This document shows, in pieces, positions 25,296 to 36,843 of a stretch of 64,000 nt of DNA. This DNA is from Macrostomum hystrix (taxonomy: Eukaryota; Animalia; Platyhelminthes). Under the pieces are notes generated by a model. The model saw nothing but the letters and a program-made list of their open reading frames with translations, was not told the DNA's origin and searched no databases. The first letter of the stretch is position 1. Each line of letters begins with the position of its first letter. The translations under genes and the position numbers were made by a program. The stretch covers positions 1,240,001 to 1,304,000 of the forward strand of contig CATNEN010000014.1 of NCBI GenBank assembly GCA_950097015.1, written 5' to 3'.

Positions 25296-25622
25296 GGCAG
25301 AGCGGTCTAACACGTTTGCCTCTCGCGCGAAGGTCCCTGGGCTCGATTCCGCGGCGAGGCCACATTCATTTGGGGCGCAGCCGCGGAGAGAAGGCTTGGG
25401 AGCTTATCGTGCAATTTTCGCCCCTGAGGGCCGAGCTCCAAGGCACATTTTATTGTACAGCTGTGTGAGCGGATACCTGCGTAACGGCATCTGTGTGCGT
25501 GTGTGCTCAGGAGTCAGCGAAATGGGCAGAATTGCCTCAGAACTGGCTGTGGGTCCAGTGTTACTAAATGGTGTGCTATTATCCACAACCCTCCAACAAT
25601 TAATGTTATTAAAATGTTATTA
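25296..25622 (+). mobile_element. tRNA-derived SINE, copy 4
   Basis: GGTGGCAGAGCGG (A box), GCTCGATTCC (B box), body colinear with the reverse complement of copy 1, AT-rich tail. No clear TSD. Confidence 0.82.
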
Positions 25623-25624
25623 AA

Positions 25625-26153
25625 ACTGGCCACTTGCCAGCCAATCAGGTTCCGCAGCTGCGTGGGGCGCCGCTGCCAGCTGCGCAGCTTCGCCGTTGCG
25701 CTGCTGTTTGTAGCCCTCGCCGAATTCCCCACCTTCGTGGCGTGGCACCTGATTTCCGGCGGCAGCCAAGAGTTCTTGGCCAGCGTGCTGCTGCTAGTGA
25801 TGCAGGCGTCTCAGACCTACCTGCCCGTGCCGCTGGTCCTGCTGGTTGCAAGCGTCACCAGCGTGAAGCTGCTGGCCGCCAGACGGCCCGGCGATGTCGC
25901 AGACGTACCGGCCGGCGGCCTGGTCGCCACGCGCATCCTGCTGCCGCTGGCCGCCAGCTTTTTGCTCTTCCAGCTGCCCGGCGCGGCTTTCGTCACCTTC
26001 GAGCTGCACCGCGTCAGCCCCGACTGGCTCGTGACCGTCAGCGACCTGCTGACCACCATGGATTGCACAGGCAGCTTTGTCTTTTACTCATCCAGCGCCC
26101 GATTCCGCAGCCTGGTGCGCCAGCTGTTTAGCGGCAAACGTATAAGCACCTAG
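25625..26153 (+). CDS. Class A (rhodopsin-like) GPCR, ICL2 + TM4-TM7 fragment; TM1-TM3 not located
   Basis: LATCQPIRFRS resembles the (ERY)xAVCHPLR ICL2 motif. Four hydrophobic segments follow, then TM7/helix 8 DCTGSFVFYSSSARFRSLVRQLF, similar to the NFxxYxxxxxxFR ends of peptide-receptor-like GPCRs. The ORF's N-terminal part (25503-25622) is SINE sequence. Confidence 0.65.
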
Positions 26154-26376
26154 TGCCGCTGAACCTGGGCGCCCTGAACGGAGGAGACCTTAGCGTCAAG
26201 CGCCGGCTGCGGCGTTGAAACGCGTTGACACCAGCCTAAGAGAATCCCTCTAACCGGTGGGCGCGGGGTCCGTTGAGCCCCTCTGATGACCCAGAGTAGA
26301 GCTGAATTTCGAATTTATTTGTCTGTTTTTTTATTTCAGTGCAATCTCTCCGACGCATGTCAGACTTTAAATTCCT

Positions 26377-27892
26377 AGGTGTTAGATACAGCCAGAGCTT
26401 TCAAGTACTGTCTCAGGTGTTAGATACAGCCAGAGCTCTCAAGTACTGTCTCAGGTGTTAGACACAGCCAGAGCTCTCAAGTACTGTCTCAGGTGTTAGA
26501 CACAGCCAGAGCTCTCAAGTACTGTCTCAGGTGTTAGACACAGCCAGAGCTCTCAAGTACTGTCTCAGGTGTTAGACACAGCCAGAGCTCTCAAGTACTG
26601 TCTCAGGTGTTAGATACAGCCAGAGCTCTCAAGTACTGTCTCAGGTGTTAGATACAGCCAGAGCTCTCAAGTACTGTCTCAGGTGTTAGATACAGCCAGA
26701 GCTCTCAAGTACTGTCTCAGGTGTTAGATACAGCGAGAGCTCTCAAGTACTGTCTCAGGTGTTAGATACAGCCAGAGCTCTCAAGTACTGTCTCAGGTGT
26801 TAGATACAGCCAGAGCTCTCAAGTACTGTCTCAGGTGTTAGACACAGCCAGAGCTCTCAAGTACTGTCTCAGGTGTTAGACACAGCCAGAGCTCTCAAGT
26901 ACTGTCTCAGGTGTTAGACACAGCCAGAGCTCTCAAGTACTGTCTCAGGTGTTAGATACAGCCAGAGCTCTCAAGTACTGTCTCAGGTGTTAGATACAGC
27001 CAGAGCTCTCAAGTACTGTCTCAGGTGTTAGACACAGCAAGAGCTCTCAAGTACTGTCTCAGGTGTTAGACACAGCCAGAGCTCTCAAGTACTGTCTCAG
27101 GTGTTAGACACAGCCAGAGCTCTCAAGTATTGTCTCAAGTGTTAGATACAGCCAGAGCTCTCTAGTACTGTCTCAGGTGTTAGACACAGCCAGAGCTCTC
27201 AAGTACTGTCTCAGGTGTTAGACACAGCCAGAGCTCTCAAGTACTGTCTCAGGTGTTAGACACAGCCAGAGCTCTCAAGTACTGTCTCAGGTGTTAGATA
27301 CAGCGAGAGCTCTCAAGTACTGTCTCAGGTGTTAGATACAGCCAGAGCTCTCAAGTACTGTCTCAGGTGTTAGATACAGCCAGAGCTCTTAAGTACTGTC
27401 TCAGGTGTTAGACACAGCCAGAGCTCTCAAGTACTGTCTCAGGTGTTAGATACAGCGAGAGCTCTCAAGTACTGTCTCAGGTGTTAGATACAGCCAGAGC
27501 TCTCAAGTACTGTCTCAGGTGTTAGATACAGCCAGAGCTCTCAAGTACTGTCTCAGGTGTTAGACACAGCCAGAGCTCTCAAGTACTGTCTCAGGTGTTA
27601 GATACAGCCAGAGCTCTCAAGTACTGTCTCAGGTGTTAGATACAGCCAGAGCTCTCAAGTACTGTCTCAGGTGTTAGACACAGCCAGAGCTCTCAAGTAC
27701 TGTCTCAGGTGTTAGATACAGCGAGAGCTCTCAAGTACTGTCTCAGGTGTTAGATACAGCGAGAGCTCTCAAGTACTGTCTCAGGTGTTAGATACAGCCA
27801 GAGCTCTCAAGTACTGTCTCAGGTGTTAGACACAGCCAGAGCTCTCAAGTACTGTCTCAGGTGTTAGACACAGCCAGAGCTCTCAAGTACTG
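26377..27892. repeat. 38-bp minisatellite (TCTCAGGTGTTAGAYACAGCCAGAGCTCTCAAGTACTG)n, ~40 copies
   Basis: Highly homogeneous tandem array without spacers. Confidence 0.97.
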
Positions 27893-28387
27893 TTAAGCGG
27901 GAAATGCGGTTTTGAAAACTCATAAACTTTCGACTTTCCTGGCAGTCCGGCTTTTGTATTTCTCAAGAGACCTCCTGCGACTTGCTTAAGAAAGAGTCTT
28001 GAGTCCACTTCGAGGTAATCTCACGGATCAGGTCTTGGCCAGAGCAGAATAATGCAGCAAGTAAATCACCCAAGATTGGCGTGAACAAACGGCTTTACGG
28101 CCGGGCGTGTCGGCTAAGCTTTAAGACGGAAGCCGATTGGCCCTGCTACGGGCAGCGCTTTAAGTGCATTCGCAGAGGTCAGCTGAATTAACAAAATATG
28201 TACAGGTCACAGAGCCGCTTTCACTCAGTAATAAATCAGCAGCAAAATCTTAGCCTATCAAAAAAAGAATTACGGAAAGTGCAAAAAAACAATACTTAGC
28301 GAGACTTGCAAATATGTAACTTCACTTAGACAAACTCCGGGCTAATTAGCCCGCCCAGACCCGCTGTCCTCCAAATTTACTATATTC

Positions 28388-28980
28388 AGGCCGCTGTCAC
28401 CTCACCTTCAGGCCGCTGTCACCACACCTTCAGGCCGCTGTCACCTCACCATCAGGCCGCTGTCACCTCACATTCAGGCCGCTGTCACCTCACCATCAGG
28501 CCGCTGTCACCTCACTTTCAAGCCGCTGTCGCCTCACCTTCAGGCCGCTGTCACCTCACATTCAGGCCGCTGTCACCTCACATTCAGGCCGCTGTCACCT
28601 CACTTTCAGGCCGCTGCCACCTCACCTTCAGGCCGCTGTCACCTCACCATCAGGCCGCTGTCACCTCACTTTCAGGCCGCTGTCACCTCACCTTCAGGCC
28701 GCTGTCACCTCACCATCAGGCCGCTGTCCCTCACCTTCAGGCCGCTGTCCCTCACCTTCAGGCCGCTGTCCCTCACCTTCAGGCCGCTGTCACCTCACTT
28801 TCAGGCCGCTGTCCCTCACCTTCAGGCCGCTGTCGCCTTACCTTCAGGCAGCTGTCACTCACATTCAGGCAGCTGTCGCCTTACCTTCAGGCAGCTGTCA
28901 CTCACATTCAGGCAGCTGTCACTCACATTCAGGCAGCTGTCGCCTTACCTTCAGGCAGCTGTCACTCACATTCAGGCCGC
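28388..28980. repeat. 22-bp minisatellite (TTCAGGCCGCTGTCACCTCACC)n
   Basis: Tandem array with 21/22-bp variants. Confidence 0.95.
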
Positions 28981-30234
28981 TAGAAAAATGAAGATAAAAC
29001 AAGAAAAGTAAAGGAAGCAGCAGGTAGACAATGTGTTTAGCGCTGTGGGGACCTTTGAATTAGACTGAAGTCAAGTTTCCTTCTATGTAATTCGAGGACA
29101 AAGGTGCAAAATACAAAATTTTGAGTGTTTAAAGTCGCCGAGAAAATAAACTAAACACGACGACAGCGGAACGAAAAATGAAGCATATAAAGCAGCAGCA
29201 GGTAACGAGTTCAGGGGCGAATATTGCAAAATACTTGCTGAAGAATCGAGTTATTAAATATGAGCTTTGTAGCATTGTTGAGTAATCAACTGTAGCGCAT
29301 TTTATTCAGGCTCATAAAATGCCAAGTAAAGTAGAGTGCAAAAGTAGGTACTGTCAGCAGTAGTGCAGTAAAAAAAACAATTTTTATTGCATTCATGCTG
29401 GGACAAATATTATAATCTGAGACTACAAAAAGTGGGGAACACAAGAAGCGAAGCGTACCGCAAAGCTGGCTAGAAAAATACACAAAAAGGGATTGTAGAC
29501 TATTGAGAAAAATTTGAGTTGCCTAGCTGTTTGGGCGTGACCAGTTTGAAACTAGAAAATATAGCTTGGGAGATTCTGCCAGATAGGAAAACTGAAGTTT
29601 TGGTAAATAGTCACTCACAGGTGCAATATGTAACTTGCTGTGTGCGCGCGCGGCATCAGAAAATTAACTGCTTATTGACAAAACCAAGGCGGCTACATAG
29701 CGGAATACTCGGCTGGCTGGCAAAGCACAACTACCCCGGCACACTGCAACACTATAGCAACACTCGGAGTACCTAATAAAACATTTAGTGCTTTTGTTTT
29801 GATGAGCACAAAGTAAGTACTCAAGCTTCCGGAATTATTGATTGTCTTACGTCAGCTTCCATTTCTCATTTTGTTTAATTCTTTGTTTTAGAAAATCTGT
29901 AGGAAGTTGGCTATGACAACGAGTCCCGTTTTTTTCCTACAAACTTTCGAGCTGGGAAAATAATCGGTTGAGTCGTTCAGTTTACATGAATAACAGAGCG
30001 CTGGAAATGCGGTTTCCAACGACCCTGATCTCCTGGCCAGATTCCAGCGAGTCAGCCAGGTGGAAACTAAAAATGAGGCTGTGGAATACCTCGCACACTT
30101 AAAAACAGGGCCTTGTAGCGAAACCAAGGAGGCCAACCGCGAGCGGCTCGATCAGCGCACAAGCTAAATGGGACAGGAGGCATAGCGAGGCGACAGAAGA
30201 AACAGCACATAGCAACAGCAGGGATACACACACC

Positions 30235-30750
30235 CACAAACTCACTCACACCAACCCACAAACTCACTCAAACCCACCCACAAACTCACTTACACCAACC
30301 CACAAACTCACTCAAAACCACCCACAAACTCACTTACACGAACCCACAATCTCACTCACACCAACCCACAAACTCACTCACACCAACCCACAAACTCACT
30401 CACACCAACCCACAAACTCACTTACACCAACCCACAATCTCACTTACACCAACCCACAATCTCACTCACACCAACCCACAAACTCACTCAAACCCACCCA
30501 CAAACTCACTTACACCAACCCACAATCTCAATCACACCAACCCACAAACTCACTCAAACCCACCCACAAACTCACTTACACCAACCCACAAACTCACTCA
30601 CACCAACCCACAAACTCACTCACACCAACCCACAAACTCACTCACACCAACCCACAAACTCACTCACAGCAACCCACAAACTCACTCACACCAACCCACA
30701 AACTCACTTACACCAACCCACAAACTCACTCACACCAACCCACAAACTCA
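30235..30750. repeat. 22-bp minisatellite (CACCAACCCACAAACTCACTCA)n
   Basis: Tandem array. Confidence 0.95.
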
Positions 30751-30789
30751 CTCCACATAATTAATCGTTCCTAAGTTAGAAAGTAAGGT

Positions 30790-31885
30790 GATGGTTCCAG
30801 ATGATTCAACCAAGGGAACTGAAGGTTCCAGATGATTGAACCAAGGGAACTGAAGTTTCCAGATGATTGAACCAAGGGAACTGAAGGTTCCAGATGATTG
30901 AACCAAGGGTACTGAAGTTTCCAGATGATTGAACCAAGGGTACTGAAGGTTCCAGATGATTGAACCAAGGGAACTGAAGTTTCCAGACGATTGAACCAAG
31001 GGAACTGAAGGTTCCAGATGATTGAACCAAGGGTACTGAAGGTTCCAGATGATTGAACCAAGGGTACTGAAGGTTCCAGATGATTGAACCAAGGGTACTG
31101 AAGGTTCCAGATGATTGAACCAAGGGTACTGAAGGTTCCAGATGATTGAACCAAGGGTACTGAAGGTTCCAGATGATTGAACCAAGGGAACTGAAGGTTC
31201 CAGATGATTGAACCAAGGGTACTGAGGGTTCCAGATGATTGAACCAAGGGTACTGAGGGTTCCAGATGATTGAACCAAGGGTACTGAGGGTTCCAGATGA
31301 TTGAACCAAGGGTACTGAAGGTTCCAGATGATTGAACCAAGGGAACTGAAGGTTCCAGATGATTGAACCAAGGGTACTGAAGGTTCCAGATGATTGAACC
31401 AAGGGTACTGAGGGTTCCAGATGATTGAACCAATGAAACTGAAGGTTCCAGATGATTGAACCAAGGGTACTGAAGGTTCCAGATGATTGAACCAAGGGTA
31501 CTGAAGGTTCCAGATGATTGAACCAAGGGAACTGAAGGCTCCAGATGATTGAACCAAGGGTACTGAAGGTTCCAGATGATTGAACCAAGGGAACTGAAGG
31601 TTCCAGATGATTGAACCAAGGGAACTGAAGGTTCCAGATGATTGAACCAAGGGAACTGAAGGTTCCAGATGATTGAACCAAGGGTACTGAAGGTTCCAGA
31701 TGATTGAACCAAGGGTACTGAAGGCTCTAGATGATTGAACCAAGGGAACTGAAGGTTCCAGATGATTGAACCAAGGGTACTGAAGGTTCCAGATGATTGA
31801 ACCAAGGGAACTGAAGGTTCCAGATGATTGAACCAAGGGTACTGAAGGTTCCAGATGATTGAACCAAGGGTACTGAAGGCTCCAA
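30790..31885. repeat. 31-bp minisatellite (GAAGGTTCCAGATGATTGAACCAAGGGWACT)n, ~35 copies
   Basis: Tandem array; source of the spurious WFNHLEPSVPLVQSSGTFS ORFs. Confidence 0.97.
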
Positions 31886-31964
31886 ACGATACGATGGAAA
31901 CAGTCAAACAGCGAAAAAAGCAGAGACCAAGTCGGAGGTCCAGGTAGTTCTCAGCTCGGGCAGC

Positions 31965-34900
31965 TCACACCTGATGGGCGTTGAAGGCGGTCCGCTTCTT
32001 GGGATCTGTGGTGTAGCCGCCAATGAAGGAGCCGTCCTCCTCGTAGCGGCCTGCAAGAAGGCGCAGGGTGCGTGGACAGGGGGTAAGCTGAAAGGCAGTT
32101 TTATAATAAAGTACAAATACCAAGTGGCCTCTATAATTCATGCGGAAGATTTACTCCGTAGGGGATAATAATCCTACAAACTGCAAGCTGCTCAGAGTAG
32201 GGGTGAATTCTAGGAAGCATTTAGCACAGCAGTCATGAGACTTGCTAGCCAGTAGGACTTAGAAAATAAAATCCCCAGTGTGAAACTGATGCACAGTGCC
32301 AAGTTTAAACTAAACGTGCGGTAGAGGCGGCCCATATATAATTGCTGACAGTTTTATTGATATTGTGGCAAACCAACTGGGCCAGGGTGCGAATTCAGCT
32401 TCCCATCCGCTTAGACGGGTCTGGCGAGTGTTTAGATTAAAGAATTGGCTTGTGTCCCCAGCTATACAAAGTTCTAGTCGGCCTCATTAATTTAAGTCAG
32501 TTCTTGGGTTGGAATCTTTAAGGAGTACGGTCAGACTCCTCAGGTAGTTGGGTCAGACTCCTCAGGTAGTTGGGTCAGACTCCTCAGGTAGTTGGGTCAG
32601 ACTCCTCAGGTAGTTGGGTCAGACTCCTCAGGTAGTTGGGTCAGACTCCTCAGGTAGTTGGGTCAGACTCCTTAGGTAGTTGGGTCAGACTCCTCAGGTA
32701 GTTGGGTCAGACTCCTTAGGTAGTTGGGTCAGACTCCTCAGGTAGTTGGGTCAGACTCCTCAGGTAGTTGGGTCAGACTCCTCAGGTAGTTGGGTCAGAC
32801 TCCTCAGGTAGTTGGGTCAGACTCCTTAGGTAGTTGGGTCAGACTCCTCAGGTAGTTGGGTCAGACTCCTTAGGTAGTTGGGTCAGACTCCTCAGGTAGT
32901 TGGGTCAGACTCCTCAGGTAGTCTGACTTACTAGAAGAAAGACAAAAAATTCTGCATCAAAGGAAGGTGCACGAATGCTATGGCGCGAGAATTCCTCACA
33001 AATCACAGATAGATCGGCAGATGCGTCATGCAGCTGCGCAGTTCACAGCAAACTGCTAACAGCGCAGCCAGTTGCAGGACAGACCGCGTTGATAAGCCTA
33101 CCACAGTTATCCAGTACAGTACAAGCTGCGCCCCGCGCCCTCGCAGCAACTGCCGGGGCGTTCAGTCCTTCTGAACTTTTCGCCCCGCTGTGAGCAAGTA
33201 CAGCTGCTTAGAGCGTGGACTGGGATCCGGATAGAACTGGGATGGAACCGCACTCGAAATTATACAAGGCCCACCTTAGCTAATGGTAGTTCTCTCGGCT
33301 GAGATTCGAATTAAGACCACACGGTCATTAAACAGTAGAACTAACAAAAGGGCAGAACTAGCCCCCGAACAATTTTTCTGTTGCACCGGAACGGAGCAGA
33401 CGAACACATGGAGCAACGCAAGCACACGAAACTCAGGAAAACGGGCCAAATTTTTGTTGCACATCTACTGAAACAATAATCAAATCGCCAGCTCTTCCAT
33501 CCGTCGAGATATTCAAAGGTTCTGGCCAAAGGTCGAATTAAAAAAAGCGTCAGCGCATTTCATACATCCCTATACATGAATTAGCACTGCGCCTCAGTGC
33601 GGCCTTCAAAATCTATCAGCTTGTCACCCAAATGTGCCTGCATCATTTCCGATTTCGGTGGTCACCTAACTTTATCTAGACAGACTGCTGGACCTTCAAG
33701 GGCTACAACAGGTACATATACAACAGGTGGAATGCCCCCATGGTATAAAAACGGGCGGCAAAATGGCCTGTTAGTCCCACTGCTGATTCACATTCAGCTA
33801 GATGTTCTAGCCAGCCGCCAAGGCACTAACCAACGTCGATGTCGTTGTCGTATTCGTCCAGCTCCTGGTCGTCTTTGCTCTCCGCCGAGATACTGGAGCC
33901 GAGCGACAGTCTGGAAGCCTTCAGACCGCCCTCCTCAGGCCGCTGGTACTCCTTAAACTGCTCCTCCTTGGCCTCCAGCTGAGGGTGGTTGCCCTGCTGG
34001 CGCTCCTTCTCGTCCAGCATGTAGGTCTGGCCGGTGTCTCTGCGCAGCAGGAACAGCAGCAAAGCAGCGATCAGCAGCAGCAGCAGCGCCGCCGCCAAGA
34101 GGCCGATCACCAAACTCGTGCTGGCGGAGGCCGCTTCTAGGGGCATCGCCTTGCCCTGGGCGAAAAGAATGACGTGGATGAATTTACAGGAAGTGGGATA
34201 TCAGGTGAATAAAGAACTGGAAGTGGGATATCAGGTGAATATAGAACTGGAAGTGGGATATCAGGTGAATAAAGAACTGGAAGTGGGATATCAGGTGAAT
34301 AAAGAACTGGAAGTGGGATATCAGGTAAATATAGAACTGGAAGTGGGATATCAGGTGAATATAGTAACTGAAAGTGGGGATATCAGCAGGGACCAGCTGT
34401 GCCGAACATCCCGGTGCATCATTCCAAGAAACAGGCAAAGGCGCACCTGGAAGTCGATGCTCATGACGATTGACTGCAGACTGCTGGTCACATCAAAGTC
34501 AGTTGAGTAGAAGCAGCGAGGATCGGCCCTGCAGTCTTTGTCACCGGCGGCTACGTCCTTAGAACCGTACCGGTCTTTGTGCATCCGAAGGTTCGCCAGG
34601 TCGGCGAGGCTGCCGGAGCCGGGCCGGTAGCGGAGGTTGAAGACAGGCGTGAGGGTCTTGCGCTTCTGCAGCTCGGCAAGAACTTTCTCGTCTGAGATTG
34701 GCAGGACCTGTCGGGCGGTGAAGAGTCGGTAAAGTCGCGAGTGAGTGAAGGCGGGAAATAACGGGAACAATTAATTATATTTACAACCGCGCACCTTAAA
34801 TGACAGTCGATTTGTGTTGCTATCGAATAAGATTTCGGACACGCCTGGCTGGTTGATGATGGCTAGGTCAGTGAGGTAGACATTGTCAATCTTGAACATG

Positions 34901-36843
34901 GCGACCACTTCGACGTCGATTTGCTTCAGATAGGCAGTCAATTCCGGTTTGAAAGCTACCGCGAACTCGGCGCCGGTGATGGTGGAGCAGTGCTGCATGG
35001 AGCAGTTCCTGGCCATACTCAAATCAAAGCTCTCAGGCCCTGGACGCTGCAAGAAGAAGACATTGCTGCCAGACTCTACCGAGTATTTCGGCATGCCGAT
35101 CTTCTCCGCATCGCCGGGGCTCACGGTGGCGCGGCACACGATGCGATGCGAGAAATCCCTGCCCATGGACGATTTGCGCGGCGGGACACTGTCAATCGTT
35201 ATGTTGATGGTTCGCCTGCCCGGCACTGACGTCACCGTGTCAACAATGACAGGCTGGCGCGGACTAAACAGCGAGTTGAATTCGTTCAACTGCAGCTCCT
35301 TCCACGCAGAGGCTTCACGAACAACCGATGTTGAGAACACGGCACTGGCAACCACCTGGTCCAAGTTGCTAAAAAATGTGGTGCAGTTGTAAGACATGGA
35401 CTCGCCTTCCATTGCGTAGATCCTGGGCGGCAGGTTGCCGGATACTACACTGGAGCTTTGAAATGGCTTATAGCTGAAATGTGGCATGCTGACAATATGT
35501 ACATTGAATGTGAAGCTAACACCACCGGCCTCGCAAGTGTACTGGCCAGAGTGACTGTTGTCCACGGTCTCCGTGAACTCAATGACATTGCCAGCCTTTG
35601 AGACTCGGATGCCGTCAACATTTGCCCAATCTATTGACGCCGATGGCACTAGCGTCCTTCGATTATTGTCTTTGCTGATGTGCGTAAATTTGTAGGTCGT
35701 CAGGGGGTCGGTGCAGATGATCGGGCAGACAAGAGGCGTGGTGTCCATGCCAGAGAAGATAAAAATAGGATCATTGCTCAGGTTGGCCGGCAGCTTGCAA
35801 CCGGCATTTGTGCCCTGCCTGGTGTACATTACTTCATATTTGGATATCCTCTGTTTGATGGCTAAAGTGCTGTCATAGGGCTTTAACTGACCGGAGAACG
35901 AGAGTGTGGCGCAGATGCTGAATTGAGAGGAAGACATCTTATCGAACATGCTAGCAACGATGCTGCTGAGGCCGTAGGCTGCATAGTGCAGCTCGCCAGT
36001 GGCTAGATTCAAGTGCATATGCTTCAGCAGCCGCCGTCCTACTTCCTCCAGATTTGAATGATAATTGGCAAACGTGGCGGTAGATATCATCTGGGACCTA
36101 TCACAGGGCAATGCATCAAAACTGAGCAATCCACCAATGTTGATTTTTGACCTGAGAAAGGCTGGTGCCGACTTAAGCGCACTAACAATGCTTTGATCAA
36201 TGAATTTCACGGTGCCAAAATCTGATGCCATCCTGAAATTTATCAAGAATTCATATGCTTCTGGAGTGAGGAATCTCAGCATGACATTTGAGCCAGACAC
36301 CGGTTCGCTGTTCCAGTTTCCCAGGGGCTCCAGGCTCCACACGAAGACGCTATTGGACTGGAGCTTCAAATCCGGCTGCCCAGACACGCGGACCTGCACG
36401 GAGAGCTCTAGCTTCTTCCTAAAGACATCAACCGACGGCAATGAAGAAGGCTCAAGAATGAATTTGAATGCGTTCGGCTTGCCTTTAACTGGCTGCAAGG
36501 AGAATGGGATCATTGTGTTTTCACACTGCAGCTCGCGACCAGTCACGGCTGACAAGTCCAGATCGAGCCCGGCGCTGGTATCCGGGCACTTGTACTTGAG
36601 AACAGCTGAGTAGCCTATCTGCTGGTTTCTTTTGCCAACAAGAGAAATGTTGATTGTAAAGCTTTGCTTCAGCATCAGAATGGCAAACATGTTGGGTCCG
36701 CCAACCTCCCACACATCATTCCTGGAGAGGAGGATCTTGCCAGTCTGGGTATAACTGAATCGCACGTTCTCGGTGTCAACATCCTCAGACACAACAAAGC
36801 TGGCGGACGCCAGGCAGAGCAACAGAATGCTTTGGGAAAGCAT
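31965..36843 (-). CDS. Type I membrane protein, ~906 aa: signal peptide, atypical ectodomain with 2-3 Ig-like folds, TM, and L1/neuroglian-like cytoplasmic tail with FIGGY motif
   Basis: Exons 36843-34795, 34707-34447, 34155-33831 and 32050-31965, GT-AG and phase-consistent. Signal MLSQSILLLCLASASFVVS. Ig motifs SGQYTCEA and EGESMSYNC...IVCRA. TM LVIGLLAAALLLLLIAALLLFLL. Tail RRDTGQTYMLDEKE...FKEY...ELDEYDNDIDVGRYEEDGSFIGGY...NAHQV* parallels the L1-family RxxGGKY..KEKE...FxEY...SLxDY...FNEDGSFIGQY. Confidence 0.85.
32530..32922. repeat. 22-bp minisatellite (GGTCAGACTCCTCAGGTAGTTG)n in last intron of the L1-tail gene
   Basis: ~18 near-perfect units. Confidence 0.96.
34188..34385. repeat. 30-bp minisatellite (GAAGTGGGATATCAGGTGAATAAAGAACTG)n filling most of an intron
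   Basis: ~6.5 units between exons at 34155 and 34447. Confidence 0.95.

Noticed and set aside
26377-27892. CRISPR-like regular 38-bp repeats (also the 31-bp array at 30790)
   Set aside because: Units are contiguous with no unique spacers, the context is eukaryotic, and there are no cas genes.
14396-28353. Perfect GC palindromes GCGGGCATGCCCGC (14396-14409) and CGGGCTAATTAGCCCG (28338-28353) as TE termini
   Set aside because: No matching second terminus, CTAG end or TSD could be found.
29960-30230. Possible two-exon minus-strand coding fragment (...PPWFRYKALFLSVR|GDQGRWKPHF...)
   Set aside because: Splice sites are plausible but there is no recognisable homology, start or link to a neighbouring gene.
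28388-30750. Arrays whose minus strand repeats donor consensus (AAG|GTGAGG; GTGAGT)
   Set aside because: No associated exon can be shown, and such short motifs arise easily by chance.
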